A stretch of DNA of 64,000 nt. Origin: Coleofasciculus chthonoplastes F2-STO-03 (GTDB taxonomy: Bacteria; Cyanobacteriota; Cyanobacteriia; Cyanobacteriales; Coleofasciculaceae). Shown here piece after piece: positions 37,649-48,750 of this stretch (within the stretch, counting starts at the first letter, position 1; each line of letters begins with the position of its first letter). The position numbers and the translations under genes are program-made. Location of the stretch: positions 64,001 through 128,000 of the forward strand of contig JAVJWO010000047.1 of assembly GCA_040222015.1 (NCBI GenBank). The letters are read 5' to 3'. The notes under the pieces were generated by a model. The model ran no database searches, was not told the DNA's origin, and saw only the letters and a list, made by a program, of their open reading frames with translations.

Positions 37649-38557
37649 CTATTTCGGCAGCAGAGGACGCAGGATCGACTTAGCTAGACTGCGAATTAAC
37701 GGAGGACCAGTCAACGGAGAGAAAGCCAGTTCTGGTGCAACGTTAGACGCTTTTAAATAACTCTGCCAAGCCGTTCTATAGTTCCCCTTTCTATATTCAT
37801 TTTCCGCGCTTTGCGACAAACGAGCGCTTTCTCGAATCCGGTTTCCCTTGGGTTGCTCTGTAGCCGGAAGGCTATCAATAAACTCCTGAAACACTTTTTC
37901 TCTGAGTTCTTCTATATTTTTCGGTCGCCACTGTTTACCGTGAACGCGGTAATCTAGTACAATATCTGGAATAAGAGCAACTTTACCCAATTTAGCCACT
38001 TTCAGCCAGAGTTGCCTATCCTCACAGATTATCAGATCGGGTCGATAACCCCCCACTTCTCTAACAACCGTTGTTCGGTATAAATTCTGACCTGAAATCG
38101 AAGACCAACCCGCCAGCAATTCCGACCAAATGAATTTCTCTAAATAAATGATTTGATGTTCTATTTTCAGGGCATAGTCACCCGCTTTAAATTTCCATCT
38201 TGCACCAACTGAAGCCACAAGGTTGTGATTTTTAACCAAAGGTTTGACTAAATTTGCTAAAGCATTTTGACGCAGTAAATCATCATCATCAAGAAACATG
38301 ATGAACTCTCCTCTAGCCTCTTTTAAGCCTCGGTTCCGTGCTGCCGAACGTTCATGATTTTCGGGTTGCTTAAATATCCTAATATTAGGTTGATTTCTGG
38401 TGGTTAGCCACGTCCAAGTTTCGTCTTCAGAAGCATCATCGACAATCAGAAGTTCCCAATTTTTAAAGTCTTGGGCTTCAACGCTAGCGACAGCTTCTTT
38501 GAGAAATTCCAGCCGATTATAAGTTGAAATTACCACAGAAACCAAGGGATGATGCAT
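37649..38557 (-). CDS. Glycosyltransferase family 2
   Basis: VSVVISTYNR, VDDAS, ARNRG, FLDDDD and CED motifs. Confidence 0.92.
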   Translation of the reverse strand: MHHPLVSVVISTYNRLEFLKEAVASVEAQDFKNWELLIVDDASEDETWTWLTTRNQPNIRIFKQPENHERSAARNRGLKEARGEFIMFLDDDDLLRQNALANLVKPLVKNHNLVASVGARWKFKAGDYALKIEHQIIYLEKFIWSELLAGWSSISGQNLYRTTVVREVGGYRPDLIICEDRQLWLKVAKLGKVALIPDIVLDYRVHGKQWRPKNIEELREKVFQEFIDSLPATEQPKGNRIRESARLSQSAENEYRKGNYRTAWQSYLKASNVAPELAFSPLTGPPLIRSLAKSILRPLLPK

Positions 38558-38567
38558 TACTTTTACC

Positions 38568-39470
38568 TCAAACGGTTAACCAGCTTGTTAAATCTTTATC
38601 AAGAAGCTCTTGAAGCTTCAATATGTCTTCTCGATACTCTTCTATCAGTTGTTTACGAACCTCTGGAAGCAGGGGAGGCTTGGGACGGCGGTTAAGGTTT
38701 AATAATCTGGATTTTACCGACTTACGTAATTCAGGTGAAACAAATTTACGCAAAAATGTACTGGTTGAATTGCGAGGATCGAGAACCTGACTTAGGGTTT
38801 TATTTTTAGGGATGTAAGTAACATTATGTTGCTTAGATACATCAGGAATAAAATTATCATCTACTTGCAAAAAAAAGAATATATCTTTCATCACGACATT
38901 AGGATCATTATTCAAGTCTTCATACAAATAAACCTTAATATGATCTGGGTCAAAAATATCAAAATAGCGTTTGATCTGACGGTAATAAAATCCTCTCTGT
39001 TTATAGTGCCACCAAGGCAACCAATTTTGATGAATCCTTTCTTTTTCTGCGACCAAAGCTTGAGCAAAATCTTCTATGAATTCGCGATTTTCCGCAATCA
39101 TATAGGTAAACTGTGAATAAGCTCTCTCAACTGGATCACGCAATATGGCAATTAATTTAACATTAGGAATGTAATAGTTAATACGTTCTGCTGCCTGGGG
39201 CTGATAAAGATACCAAGTTGAAGCCTCACCAATGGCAATTTCTGTTGATACATTTTCAAATAGACTTAGGTAGGCATTGAGGGTCGCATATCTCTTAATT
39301 TTTTCTACACCAGGACCTTGAAAATTTTCTACTGCTTGCCCATCAAGAGCAAAAAAATAAGGTTCTTTAACAGGACTCATATAAATTTGTGGGTGCTGCT
39401 CTAAGAAACGATAAAGAGCAGTTGTTCCTGCTTTTGCTGCACCGATAACTAAAAAATTAGGAAATGTCAT
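38568..39470 (-). CDS. PAPS-dependent sulfotransferase
   Basis: 5'-PSB IGAAKAGTT, KEPYFF, and 3'-PB LRDPVERAYS. Confidence 0.92.
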   Translation of the reverse strand: MTFPNFLVIGAAKAGTTALYRFLEQHPQIYMSPVKEPYFFALDGQAVENFQGPGVEKIKRYATLNAYLSLFENVSTEIAIGEASTWYLYQPQAAERINYYIPNVKLIAILRDPVERAYSQFTYMIAENREFIEDFAQALVAEKERIHQNWLPWWHYKQRGFYYRQIKRYFDIFDPDHIKVYLYEDLNNDPNVVMKDIFFFLQVDDNFIPDVSKQHNVTYIPKNKTLSQVLDPRNSTSTFLRKFVSPELRKSVKSRLLNLNRRPKPPLLPEVRKQLIEEYREDILKLQELLDKDLTSWLTV

Positions 39471-39503
39471 ATTTTTGGGGTTTTGCTAATGAGATTATCT
39501 TAT

Positions 39504-40715
39504 TTATTTACCTAAAAGTGTATTAATTTTGGTTTGACCAATTCTGGCTCGTTTACACAAATCGTAGAATGCGGCTAAAAACTGAGATTGATTATGGTTG
39601 GCTAGAACCCATTCTCTACCTTCTTTACCTAAGCGAGTTCGTAACTCCCGATCCTCTATCAGGCAAGTCAAACCGTCAATAAACTTAGGAATACTGTCCA
39701 TCCCACTCCCATCCCAACGCCCCACATAAATCCCGAACCGAGACACGACATCTTGAGGATTAACACAACTTAACAAAGGAGTTTCACATTTGAGTGCTTC
39801 TTGGAAGCTGACAGCTAATCCTTCATGAATAGAGGTGTTAACCAAGACCCAGGCTGAAGCCAGAAGGCGAACTTTTTCTTCTCCTTGAACATGACCCATT
39901 AGTTTCACATTATCAGGTAAGTTATCGGGTTGCCAAGCCCCCTTGCCTTCAAAATGAGGTTGTCCCATAAAGATAAACTCGACATCCGGAAAATGGCTGG
40001 CTAATTCGGCAAAAAGCCAAGGGCGTTTATAGGGGTCAAGACGGGCTAAAAAAATGACGCTTGGTTTTTCACTTTTGACAATCTCTCCCGGTTCTATATC
40101 AATAATATTGGGCAAAAAATAAACTTCTGGCGGTTGTACTCCGTAAGTTCCTAAAACTTTATCTTTGAGAAAAGGTGCAGGAGTGGCAAAGAGAATCCGA
40201 CGCCCCATCCATTTTGATTGGTTAACGACTCCAGCAAAGGATGTACAGTCAAAGCATTTTAGCCCTAAGGGCAACATATTTTCTTGCCCCGGAATGCGTA
40301 CTGTATTAATTTTTTCGACATCTTCTGGCGGACGCGGATCACGTACCCAAAGAACGATAGGTGTGCGCGGTAGCAGCCAAAATAAAGGGCGATAATTTGG
40401 GCGGTAGTCAATCGATAGGATTAAGTCGATTTTTTCACTCCAAATGCGACGAGCATAAGCCCATTTATTGGGCTGACGCAGGATGAGAGGTGTTTGATGA
40501 ATTCGGGAATCGGGTTGACTAGATTGAGCGTAGGATTCACCCGCAATAAAGACGACATCCACGCCTAAGTTGGGATTAGCGTTAAAGCAGTTAGCCACTT
40601 GCCGTGTCGCCCAGCCAAATCCGCCCATGCGACTGACAGATAGATCGAAAAATTCGTTAGCAATTACACCTACTTTTAGATTTCCTTGGGAATGTTTGGG
40701 AGTTGATTGGTTCAT
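39504..40715 (-). CDS. Glycosyltransferase family 4
   Basis: FLARLDPYKRP and NTSIHEGLAVSFQEA motifs. Confidence 0.88.
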   Translation of the reverse strand: MNQSTPKHSQGNLKVGVIANEFFDLSVSRMGGFGWATRQVANCFNANPNLGVDVVFIAGESYAQSSQPDSRIHQTPLILRQPNKWAYARRIWSEKIDLILSIDYRPNYRPLFWLLPRTPIVLWVRDPRPPEDVEKINTVRIPGQENMLPLGLKCFDCTSFAGVVNQSKWMGRRILFATPAPFLKDKVLGTYGVQPPEVYFLPNIIDIEPGEIVKSEKPSVIFLARLDPYKRPWLFAELASHFPDVEFIFMGQPHFEGKGAWQPDNLPDNVKLMGHVQGEEKVRLLASAWVLVNTSIHEGLAVSFQEALKCETPLLSCVNPQDVVSRFGIYVGRWDGSGMDSIPKFIDGLTCLIEDRELRTRLGKEGREWVLANHNQSQFLAAFYDLCKRARIGQTKINTLLGK

Positions 40716-40748
40716 GAAATTAATAAATAATTAAATTTAGCGCCAAAA

Positions 40749-41690
40749 CTAACGTTTTCTCAAATAGAAAGGACTTGCTAAACTATTAACTAGCAATGAC
40801 ATTTCACTCGCAGCTACGATATCAGTCGTCATCACCCGGCGGTATTTTAACCAATGAATTGCGAGGCGACGAAAATCGTTAATCAGATACAAGAAAAACA
40901 TAAAGGGACGTTGCCATCGTTTATATCGTAGCATACGAGTATGATGGCGACCCCTGCCGATTCCCTGAAAAAACTGCTGTAAGTATTGCTTTTCCAAGCG
41001 GGTTTTGGGAATGTAATGCTCGATATGCATTTCCGAGTTATACCAAATTTCCCAGCCAGCTTTTTGTATGTAGATAAGGGCTTCTATATCTTCACCTTTT
41101 GCGGCTAAGGATTGACCAACTGGTCCTTGTAAAATCAAATATTTGGGGATGCAGTCTAACCAAGCCTGTTGGCGAATGACTAATCCAGCACCGGGGGGTA
41201 ATACTCCCTTGGCTCTGTAGGTGTTGAAACAAATGGTTTGTTGACGTTCAACGATAGGCAAAAAGCCAGCAATGCGTTCAAAGTTTTCCGGTGGAGGAAC
41301 TTCAAACGTTCCATGAATTTGACTGCCGTAAGCACCAGATTGGGGATGAGACTGAGCAAATAAGTAAGCTTGCGCTACCCAGTCTAATGCCGGTAAATTA
41401 TCGTCGTCTAGAAAGCCAATCAGAGGAGATTGAGCTTCTTGAATGGCGCGTTGCCTTGCATAATAGGCTCCTGGCTGGGATTCAAAAAAGTATTTGAGCG
41501 GAAATGCTTGAGTCCAGTTGCGTTGATAGTCTTGAATAATCTTTGCTGTATTGTCTGTACTGTTGTTATCGACGACAATAATTTCCCAATTGATATTTTC
41601 GGTGTCGCGCTGTGATCGCAGTCTTTCCAACAGGGCTGGTAAGTAATTTTCACGATTGTAAGTGCGAATAGCTACAGTAAATTCAGGCAT
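40749..41690 (-). CDS. HpsE-like GT2 glycosyltransferase
   Basis: FTVAIRTYN, VVDNNSTD, GFLDDDNLP, LPPGAGLVIR and GEDIE, typical of the hormogonium-polysaccharide HpsE family. Confidence 0.8.
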   Translation of the reverse strand: MPEFTVAIRTYNRENYLPALLERLRSQRDTENINWEIIVVDNNSTDNTAKIIQDYQRNWTQAFPLKYFFESQPGAYYARQRAIQEAQSPLIGFLDDDNLPALDWVAQAYLFAQSHPQSGAYGSQIHGTFEVPPPENFERIAGFLPIVERQQTICFNTYRAKGVLPPGAGLVIRQQAWLDCIPKYLILQGPVGQSLAAKGEDIEALIYIQKAGWEIWYNSEMHIEHYIPKTRLEKQYLQQFFQGIGRGRHHTRMLRYKRWQRPFMFFLYLINDFRRLAIHWLKYRRVMTTDIVAASEMSLLVNSLASPFYLRKR

Positions 41691-41836
41691 TGAGTTTATT
41701 ATTTACTAATAATTTTTTGGGAATAGCATCATTAATTCAATGGTAATTTTTTTGGTTTGGGAGAAAAATAGTTTTCCGAAAATTTAATGAAAACTTCACA
41801 AAATAATCGCGATAAGTAGGTAGACACAATTAAGTA

Positions 41837-41942
41837 GAATGCCACTGACTGGTATGTTGGTGGGCAATGCCCACCCTACGGTATATCAAAGGTTTTGGTG
41901 ATTCCCTCTTTTTACTGGGGAGTTCTAAATTCAGTGCTATTC
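41837..41942. repeat. MITE-like element with REP hairpin (same family as 10-100)
   Basis: GAATGCCACTGA...TCAGTGCTATTC ends with GGTGGGCAATGCCCACCCTAC inside. Confidence 0.7.
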
Positions 41943-41957
41943 GAGTGAATTTTTCGG

Positions 41958-42860
41958 CTAGTTGTTGACGTCTGAAACAGAAAAATCAGCAAAATCGACA
42001 TACACATCTTTCGGAGTTGCCCAAGAGGGATCACCACCGCCAAAAAAGGTGGAGAAGAATATGCCATCAATTTTGAGATCATCAACGGTACGGAATGTTA
42101 ATCCTTGCTCATCTAGAACCATAGTTCCATCTAACCAAACTTTAACCTGACCATTAGCTTGACCCGGTTCATTCAGGACAACCTCCTGCTCAATATGATG
42201 CCAAGTTCCGGGGATAAATTGCCAATTTCCCCGACCAATTGATGTGCCGTATTCGTCACTGGTGGGTAGATAGGCATACAGTTCCCCATCGCCATTTCGT
42301 CTCCACATGAAGCGCGTCGAAAATCCATCGGTTCCATCAGGCGTTTTTCCGCCACTAGCACCGTCACCGCCGTAAAGTCCTGGCAATTTCCCCCCCTTAA
42401 CAAAGTCAAAGTCGTCGGAAAAACGAACATAATAACTCAAGCGCAGAGAATCTTTAGCGGGTAAACCTAAATCCGCATAAAACTGCGTACCTCCTAAGGG
42501 GGCGTCATTTTTTCGAGAAACCGTAGGGCTAGCTGAACCAGCCGGATACTTCACCCGCAGCACCATCTCAAATCTGCCGTCGGCGTCTTTAATTACTTCA
42601 CTATTTTCTAAACCCCACTGTTTCTCACTTTTAAAATTCCAAGATTGCTGCCAATCCGTTGCTGCAAAGCTATCTGACCAAAGCGGGGTAACATCAGCGT
42701 TAGAGGCTACATCTTGACGGGTTTCTGTGGAATTGCTTAAGGCAGAAGAGGACTCTATTTCATTTGAAGCAGTCTGAGCGCAACTATTCAGCATGATGAC
42801 TAAAAAAGCTGCACTTAATAATTGACCTGAAGCGCTTAGATGCTTAAATTTGATTGACAT
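41958..42860 (-). CDS. Polysaccharide lyase family 14 (polyuronate lyase), lipoprotein
   Basis: YYVRF..DFDFVKGGKLPGLYGG, GFSTRFMWR, ELYAYLP and FSTFFGG; lipobox LNSC. Confidence 0.85.
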   Translation of the reverse strand: MSIKFKHLSASGQLLSAAFLVIMLNSCAQTASNEIESSSALSNSTETRQDVASNADVTPLWSDSFAATDWQQSWNFKSEKQWGLENSEVIKDADGRFEMVLRVKYPAGSASPTVSRKNDAPLGGTQFYADLGLPAKDSLRLSYYVRFSDDFDFVKGGKLPGLYGGDGASGGKTPDGTDGFSTRFMWRRNGDGELYAYLPTSDEYGTSIGRGNWQFIPGTWHHIEQEVVLNEPGQANGQVKVWLDGTMVLDEQGLTFRTVDDLKIDGIFFSTFFGGGDPSWATPKDVYVDFADFSVSDVNN

Positions 42861-43057
42861 GGGTTTGGCTTAAACGTGCGGGATAGTGTAGAGTTTTGAG
42901 CATTTTCATCTTGATGCACCCTCAACCATCCAATTTAATCCTTGCTCTCGGCTTTTGTCAGCCCTTGACTGAAGGTCGGATATTTAATTTCTTGTCCCCC
43001 AGCTTCTCCTGCTCCCAGACGCGCCATGGCGCGTCTCTACCTTGCCCCCCAGCTTTC

Positions 43058-44869
43058 CTACTGGGGTTCGAGGCGCAATACTGCCATAAATGCTTCCTGA
43101 GGCACATCAACTGTACCTAAAGATTTCATCCGCTTTTTCCCTTTTGCCTGCTTCTGCAACAATTTTTTCTTACGGCTAATATCCCCGCCGTAACATTTAG
43201 CGAGTACGTCTTTCCGTAATGCAGGAATATGTTCGCTGGCAATTACCCGACTTCCAATTGAGGCTTGCAGAGGAATTTTAAATTGGTGACGGGGAATTAA
43301 TTCCCGGAGTTTTTCCACTAACGCCCGACCAACACTGTAGGCTTTATCCCGGTGGACAATCATTGCCAGAGAATCCACTGGATCACCATTAATTAACACA
43401 TCGAGGCGAACCAGAGTGTTTTCCTGATACCCAATCAGGTGATACTCCATACTGGCATAACCGCGCGATCGCGATTTGAGTTGGTCAAAAAAGTCAGTCA
43501 CGACTTCCGCCAGAGGTAATTCATACACCAAGGTGGTTCGCCCTTGGGTTAAATACCGCATATCTTTAAACTCACCCCGCCGCGTTTGGCACAGTTCCAT
43601 CAGCGTCCCCACATAAGTTTCTGGGGTAATCATCTCGATGCGAACATAAGGTTCTTCAATTTTCTCCCGCTGCTGGGGTGGAGGGAGTAAGCTGGGGTTG
43701 TCAATTTCCAAAACCTCCCCATCCATATTCGTGACTCGATAGACCACTGATGGAGCGGTAATGATTAAATCTAAATCATACTCCCGTTCTAACCGCTCCT
43801 GGACGATTTCCATGTGCAATAAGCCCAAGAAACCACATCGGAAACCAAACCCCATGGCGCTGGAGGTTTCGGGTTCATAGTTGAGAGCCGAATCATTGAG
43901 CTTGAGACGGTTGAGAGCTTCGCGTAAATCTTCGTACTGATCCGCGTCGGTGGGGAATAAGCCGCAGAACACCATAGGTTTGGCTTTCTTATAACCCGGT
44001 AAGGGGTTATCGGCGGGTTCAGCAGCTAGGGTAATTGTATCGCCGACACGGGCATCTTCTACGGTTTTAATCGCCGCCGCTATATATCCCACTTCTCCGG
44101 CGTGGAGTTGATCAACCTGGATTTGCGTCGGTGACAATACACCCAGTTCATCAATTTCATATTCTTTTTTGGATACCATCAGGCGAACTTTTTCCCCAGT
44201 TCTGACGCTACCATCCATCACCCGGAAATAGACGATGACGCCTCGGTAGGGGTCATAGTAGCTATCGAAAATCAAGGCTCGCAGGGGCTGATTGATGGTA
44301 TCCTGGGGAGATGGAACCAGATGGACGATGGATTCTAAAATTTCATCAATGCCAATTCCCTCCTTTGCCGATGCGAGAATGGCTCCGCTACAATCGAGAC
44401 CAATGATCTCTTCGATTTCTGAGATCACTCGTTCGGGTTCTGCTCCTGGGAGGTCAATCTTATTCAGAACCGGAATAATTTCGAGGTCATGCTCCAAGGC
44501 TAAATAAACATTTGCCAGAGTTTGAGCTTCAACCCCCTGAGAGGCGTCTACCACGAGCAATGCGCCCTCGCAAGCGACCAGCGATCGCGAGACCTCATAA
44601 GAGAAATCCACATGACCCGGGGTGTCAATTAAATTGAGAACGTATTGCTCACCATCTTGCGCCCGATAGTTCATGCGAGCGGCTTGCAGTTTAATGGTAA
44701 TCCCGCGCTCCCGTTCCAATTCCATGTTGTCCAGGAACTGTTCCTTCATCTGGCGATCGCTCACCGTACCGGTTGTCTGTAAGAGGCGATCGGCTAAAGT
44801 GGATTTACCATGATCAATGTGGGCAATGATGGAAAAATTGCGAATGCGAGAGACAGGAACATCAGTCAT
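43058..44869 (-). CDS. lepA: Translation elongation factor 4
   Basis: [29 protein letters not shown] and [14 protein letters not shown]; real start MTDVPVS at 44869. Confidence 0.97.
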   Translation of the reverse strand: MTDVPVSRIRNFSIIAHIDHGKSTLADRLLQTTGTVSDRQMKEQFLDNMELERERGITIKLQAARMNYRAQDGEQYVLNLIDTPGHVDFSYEVSRSLVACEGALLVVDASQGVEAQTLANVYLALEHDLEIIPVLNKIDLPGAEPERVISEIEEIIGLDCSGAILASAKEGIGIDEILESIVHLVPSPQDTINQPLRALIFDSYYDPYRGVIVYFRVMDGSVRTGEKVRLMVSKKEYEIDELGVLSPTQIQVDQLHAGEVGYIAAAIKTVEDARVGDTITLAAEPADNPLPGYKKAKPMVFCGLFPTDADQYEDLREALNRLKLNDSALNYEPETSSAMGFGFRCGFLGLLHMEIVQERLEREYDLDLIITAPSVVYRVTNMDGEVLEIDNPSLLPPPQQREKIEEPYVRIEMITPETYVGTLMELCQTRRGEFKDMRYLTQGRTTLVYELPLAEVVTDFFDQLKSRSRGYASMEYHLIGYQENTLVRLDVLINGDPVDSLAMIVHRDKAYSVGRALVEKLRELIPRHQFKIPLQASIGSRVIASEHIPALRKDVLAKCYGGDISRKKKLLQKQAKGKKRMKSLGTVDVPQEAFMAVLRLEPQ

Positions 44870-45069
44870 AGAATTATCGGGTGACAAAAAATCGGAAACA
44901 CGGAATGGATGGTTCTTAATGTATTTTAATGTTTCTTGCCAAAATGGGGACAATACTCCTGATACTCTAACTCCAGAGAACCTTTTCGGGCTGATTGCGT
45001 CACGAATCTCAGGTGGCAAGGAGCAAGTTGTCGTAAACTGTAGTGTAGGGGAACACCAAAACGCTGAAA

Positions 45070-45300
45070 ATGAATAATCATGCCATTCATCGAGAGCATT
45101 CAACAAACAAGGAAGAAATATCTATCCTCATGGATGCTCAACTGTTAGACCAAATCAAACACTTAACCAATGATCCGTCTAAGGTGATAGAAACAGCCAT
45201 TCGTCAATGGCTAAGAGGAGAGCGCGATCGCGATGATGAGCTAACCCGCACCTTGAGACGAAATCCACCAGTACCGCCACGAGGCGAATGGAACGATTGA
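45070..45300 (+). CDS. Small hypothetical protein, ribbon-helix-helix-like
   Basis: [14 protein letters not shown]...[12 protein letters not shown] pattern; divergent from lepA. Confidence 0.65.
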   Translation: MNNHAIHREHSTNKEEISILMDAQLLDQIKHLTNDPSKVIETAIRQWLRGERDRDDELTRTLRRNPPVPPRGEWND

Positions 45301-45425
45301 GAGCCAATAGGTTCGTCGCTTTAATAGTTCGCCTGAGGCTCCAGGGCGTTAAGGGGTTGCATTTATGTCTGTCTTGGTGCGAGCGCTAATCCTTTCGCTG
45401 CTTGTAGTTTCCCGGTTTCTTGTAG

Positions 45426-47135
45426 ATGATTGCTCCTGCTGATTTCCACCATCCTCGATTTGGGTATACCACTATGCAATCTACTACTGCACAAGGCAAG
45501 TCCAGCTTTTTGCAGGAGTTAGAGGTTGAGCTGATGTGTAGCCAAGATGCATCAGGTCAGTATCACTCCTTTTATTGGCGACAAGCCGAGCAGTATGATT
45601 TAACTCAAGAACAGGTTATTGGGGTTCCCCTCAACGAAACCTTTCATCCCATTGCTATAGATGCTTATCGGGATCGAATCCAGCGGATTCTAGACAACCG
45701 CACCCCAGAACGCTGCATCCATGACTTCTGTTATGGCGATCAAGTTTTTCCCTTTGAACTGGTGATCAGCCCAATTTTACAAGCAGACGGTCAGGCAACT
45801 CAGGTTTGGGTGATGGGTCATCTGTTACCTGAGGGTTCGGTGCAAAAAGTGATCGATTCGCTGGTACCGTTAAGTGTCGATCCCAATCAAAAACTACTCA
45901 CCCAAATTGCCCGCCGGATTCGCCGGACGTTAGACTTAGATACAATCTGGCAACAAACGGTAGACAGTTTAGGGAAAGCTCTACAAGTCAGTCGCTGTAT
46001 TATCTGTTCATACAAACCCGACTACATTGATGTCAAGGTGGAAGCAGAGTATCGCCAAGAGTCATTAGAGGAAATGTTGGGGATGACGCTGGAACTAGAG
46101 TCGGAACTGATAATGAAACAAGCGATGTGGAGTTCCGAACCCGTTGTAGTTGACCAAGTCGCCCCGAGTCGGTTTCAAGAAAAATCGCTGCTGGTGGTTT
46201 CCACGTCCTATAAAGACGAACCCAATGGGTTAATTAGTTTACAACAGTGCGATCGCCACCGTCAGTGGAGTGATGCGGAAATTGAGCTAGTGCGGGAGTT
46301 AGCCGAACAAGTGGGAACCGCGATCGCTCATGGTACTCTCTATAAAGAACTGGAACTAGCCAGAGAACAAGCTGAAGAAGTATCCCGTCTCAAGAGTGAA
46401 TTTCTTGCCAGCACGTCTCACGAATTGCGGACGCCCCTAAATGGGATGATTGGCTTTCTCAAGCTGATTCTGGAAGGAATGGCGGATGACCCCGAAGAAC
46501 AGCGAGAGTTTATCCAGGAAGCCCATAATAGTGCCTTACACCTGCTCAACATCATCAACGATATCTTGGATATCGCCAAGATTGAAGCCGGAAAAATGGA
46601 GCTGGAGTTTAGTCCAGTTGAGTTAGAGTATCTATTTAATAAGGTCTATGATTTTACCGCGCAGCAAGCCCATCACAAGAACTTGAGTTTCACCCTGGAA
46701 ATTCCCGCCGTCTACGATGGCATTGTTATGTATGGGAACTATCAACGGTTGCTACAGGTGATGCTAAACCTAGTGGGGAATGCCATCAAATTCACCGATG
46801 AAGGGGGAATTACCATCAGCGCCGAAGTCATTCGCAAGAAAGTCCATTTTCAGGGACAGGAGTTTCCTGGACATGTGAAAGTGCGGGTTGCGGATACAGG
46901 GATTGGGGTATCCTTGGATAAGCAAGACAAACTCTTCCAATCTTTTAGCCAGGTACATGGTGGACTCAATCGTCCTTACGGGGGAACCGGGTTAGGGTTA
47001 GCTATTTCCCAAAAGCTAGTGGAAACCATGGGCGGTGTCGTACATTTCTTCAGCATGGGGGAAAACTTAGGTTCAACTGTGACATTTACTGTACCCCTTT
47101 ATCAAGAACCCGTGATGGTGTCGCGCACAGATTGA
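45426..47135 (+). CDS. Sensor histidine kinase (PAS-like, GAF, HisKA, HATPase)
   Basis: IRRTLDL...QCDRHRQW (GAF); SHELRTPLNG; NLVGNAIKFT; DTGIG; GGTGLGL. Confidence 0.93.
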   Translation: MIAPADFHHPRFGYTTMQSTTAQGKSSFLQELEVELMCSQDASGQYHSFYWRQAEQYDLTQEQVIGVPLNETFHPIAIDAYRDRIQRILDNRTPERCIHDFCYGDQVFPFELVISPILQADGQATQVWVMGHLLPEGSVQKVIDSLVPLSVDPNQKLLTQIARRIRRTLDLDTIWQQTVDSLGKALQVSRCIICSYKPDYIDVKVEAEYRQESLEEMLGMTLELESELIMKQAMWSSEPVVVDQVAPSRFQEKSLLVVSTSYKDEPNGLISLQQCDRHRQWSDAEIELVRELAEQVGTAIAHGTLYKELELAREQAEEVSRLKSEFLASTSHELRTPLNGMIGFLKLILEGMADDPEEQREFIQEAHNSALHLLNIINDILDIAKIEAGKMELEFSPVELEYLFNKVYDFTAQQAHHKNLSFTLEIPAVYDGIVMYGNYQRLLQVMLNLVGNAIKFTDEGGITISAEVIRKKVHFQGQEFPGHVKVRVADTGIGVSLDKQDKLFQSFSQVHGGLNRPYGGTGLGLAISQKLVETMGGVVHFFSMGENLGSTVTFTVPLYQEPVMVSRTD

Positions 47136-47148
47136 GCAAAAGGCGAGG

Positions 47149-47251
47149 TATAGCAATCGCCATAGCGGTTAGGACGCATCTTATGGTAGAGACATTGCAT
47201 TTTAGTCTCTACAACAGTTCGTTTGTCCTAATCGATGTGTCTACTGCTATA
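47149..47251. repeat. MITE-like element (TATAGCA...TGCTATA ends) with an internal GTAGAGAC...GTCTCTAC hairpin
   Basis: Terminal inverted repeats plus inner TTAGGAC/GTCCTAA inverted pair. Confidence 0.65.
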
Positions 47252-47552
47252 TCCTAGTGCAGCGTCGCAGAAATAGCCTTAAATCAGTACCATTCCGTTA
47301 GGTTGGTAGCTGGAAAACTTATTGAATTGAAAAGACTTACTGGCGAAGGCATTTCCTGTTCCCTGTTCCCTATTCATTCTATTTTATTCAAAAAGTTAGG
47401 GGAATCCCCTAAGTCTGACACCTTCCCCTAACTGTTTATTTAAGATAATCACTACCGTCCAGCCTCTAGAGGATACTGTTGGCATAAGGAAAGTTCTGCC
47501 AACTATTCTGAACTCAACGTAAGCGATTAGAGTTGAGTCAGGAACATTATCT

Positions 47553-47924
47553 ATGAATACTCAGGCTGGCATAGTATTAAACCTAATTCTTTGGGGAACG
47601 GTTTTGAGTCAGCCTGTCATTGGCATTCAACCTCATCAACGTTTCCTGATGTTACAGTTTCACCCTCAAGCTGGACAGGATTTATTATTAATCCAAAAAA
47701 ACGTCATCCAAGTAGACGAACCCCCACTCAATCCAGGTTCTCCCGATGAACGGATACCAGCAGGAACCCACAAGGGCAATAGTTTGGCTGTTTTGCCAAC
47801 ACGGAAGGATGGGGTAAGAGTGGAAGACGAACCGACTCCACCAAAAGAGCAGATACCAGGGGGTAGTCGGTGGATTACACAGACAGATCCCCGACTTTTC
47901 CAAGAAGTCGGGGATCTTGCTTAA
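47553..47924 (+). CDS. Small putative secreted protein
   Basis: Hydrophobic N-terminus; two related motifs ERIPAGTH and EQIPGGSR. Confidence 0.5.
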   Translation: MNTQAGIVLNLILWGTVLSQPVIGIQPHQRFLMLQFHPQAGQDLLLIQKNVIQVDEPPLNPGSPDERIPAGTHKGNSLAVLPTRKDGVRVEDEPTPPKEQIPGGSRWITQTDPRLFQEVGDLA

Positions 47925-48149
47925 GGCTGTACTTCATCAACCTGAAATCTGCTGTAAATCAATCTTAAGGAAGAGGCAGATGCGGCGACAATTTTTTAAT
48001 AAAAATCATCCGATCCTTCTAGGACAAATCTATGTAATTTGATAGAAAACCTAAACCCGATCGCTTTGTTAACCTGATCACAGTGGTGGTAAAGAGGCTC
48101 ACTGGAGATTGAACAGCCCCTCGGCTGGAACAAATAGATTAGCACTGGT

Positions 48150-48324
48150 GTAGGGTGCGTTAGGCGCATAGTTTTTTATTCACTTTTATTTCCCACAGAA
48201 CACTCATGCGCCGTAACGCACCACCTTGGTTGGTGTGTTACTAACGCACGATGGCGGACTGACACAGCTAAAATTGTGGAATAGATTTGACGTTTAAACC
48301 GGGCGCAAGTCCTTGCGCCCCTAC
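48150..48324. repeat. Cluster of GTAG-type REP hairpins
   Basis: GTAGGGTGCGTTAGGCGCAT...ATGCGCCGTAACGCACC and GGGCGCAAGTCCTTGCGCCCCTAC. Confidence 0.7.
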
Positions 48325-48750
48325 AATTATAATCCACCAAATAAGGTGTGCTACGCCACTACCCAAATTACAATTAATGAGGCTTTTTACTCGCGATATC
48401 TTGACATTAATAATTTATAAATAAGGCATAAGATAGAAGAGAAAGATTGGCAAATGTAAACCCGCGCAGGCGGGTTTTGTTTGTGTAGCTGCGGTTTCTA
48501 ACCGCCCAGCTAAATTGTTGTGGGGAATTTTTTATGATCACTTCGGTTAGGGCGCACGTCCGTGCTACGGGATTGTGGTATTGTTATCCTCATTAACGGA
48601 ATTGCGATCGCGAAGATGGGAAATCCCTTCCGGATGGCAAAACCTATAAGGATGTAATGCTGGTGGGCAATGCCCACCCTACGGTATATCAAGGGTTTTG
48701 GCGAGCGGAACATGCAGAAGGCGAGCGTGCCATTCAACTTAAAATCCAGA

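Noticed and set aside
44870..45106. N-terminal extension of LepA in the ORF track (likewise extensions of pdxA, bcsZ, the decarboxylase, adenylate kinase and the 57071 kinase)
   Set aside because: Longest-ORF artefacts; family similarity starts at downstream start codons and some extensions run through repeats
47553..47924. PatS/PatX-type RGSGR morphogen
   Set aside because: The motif is PGGSR, not RG(S/T)GR
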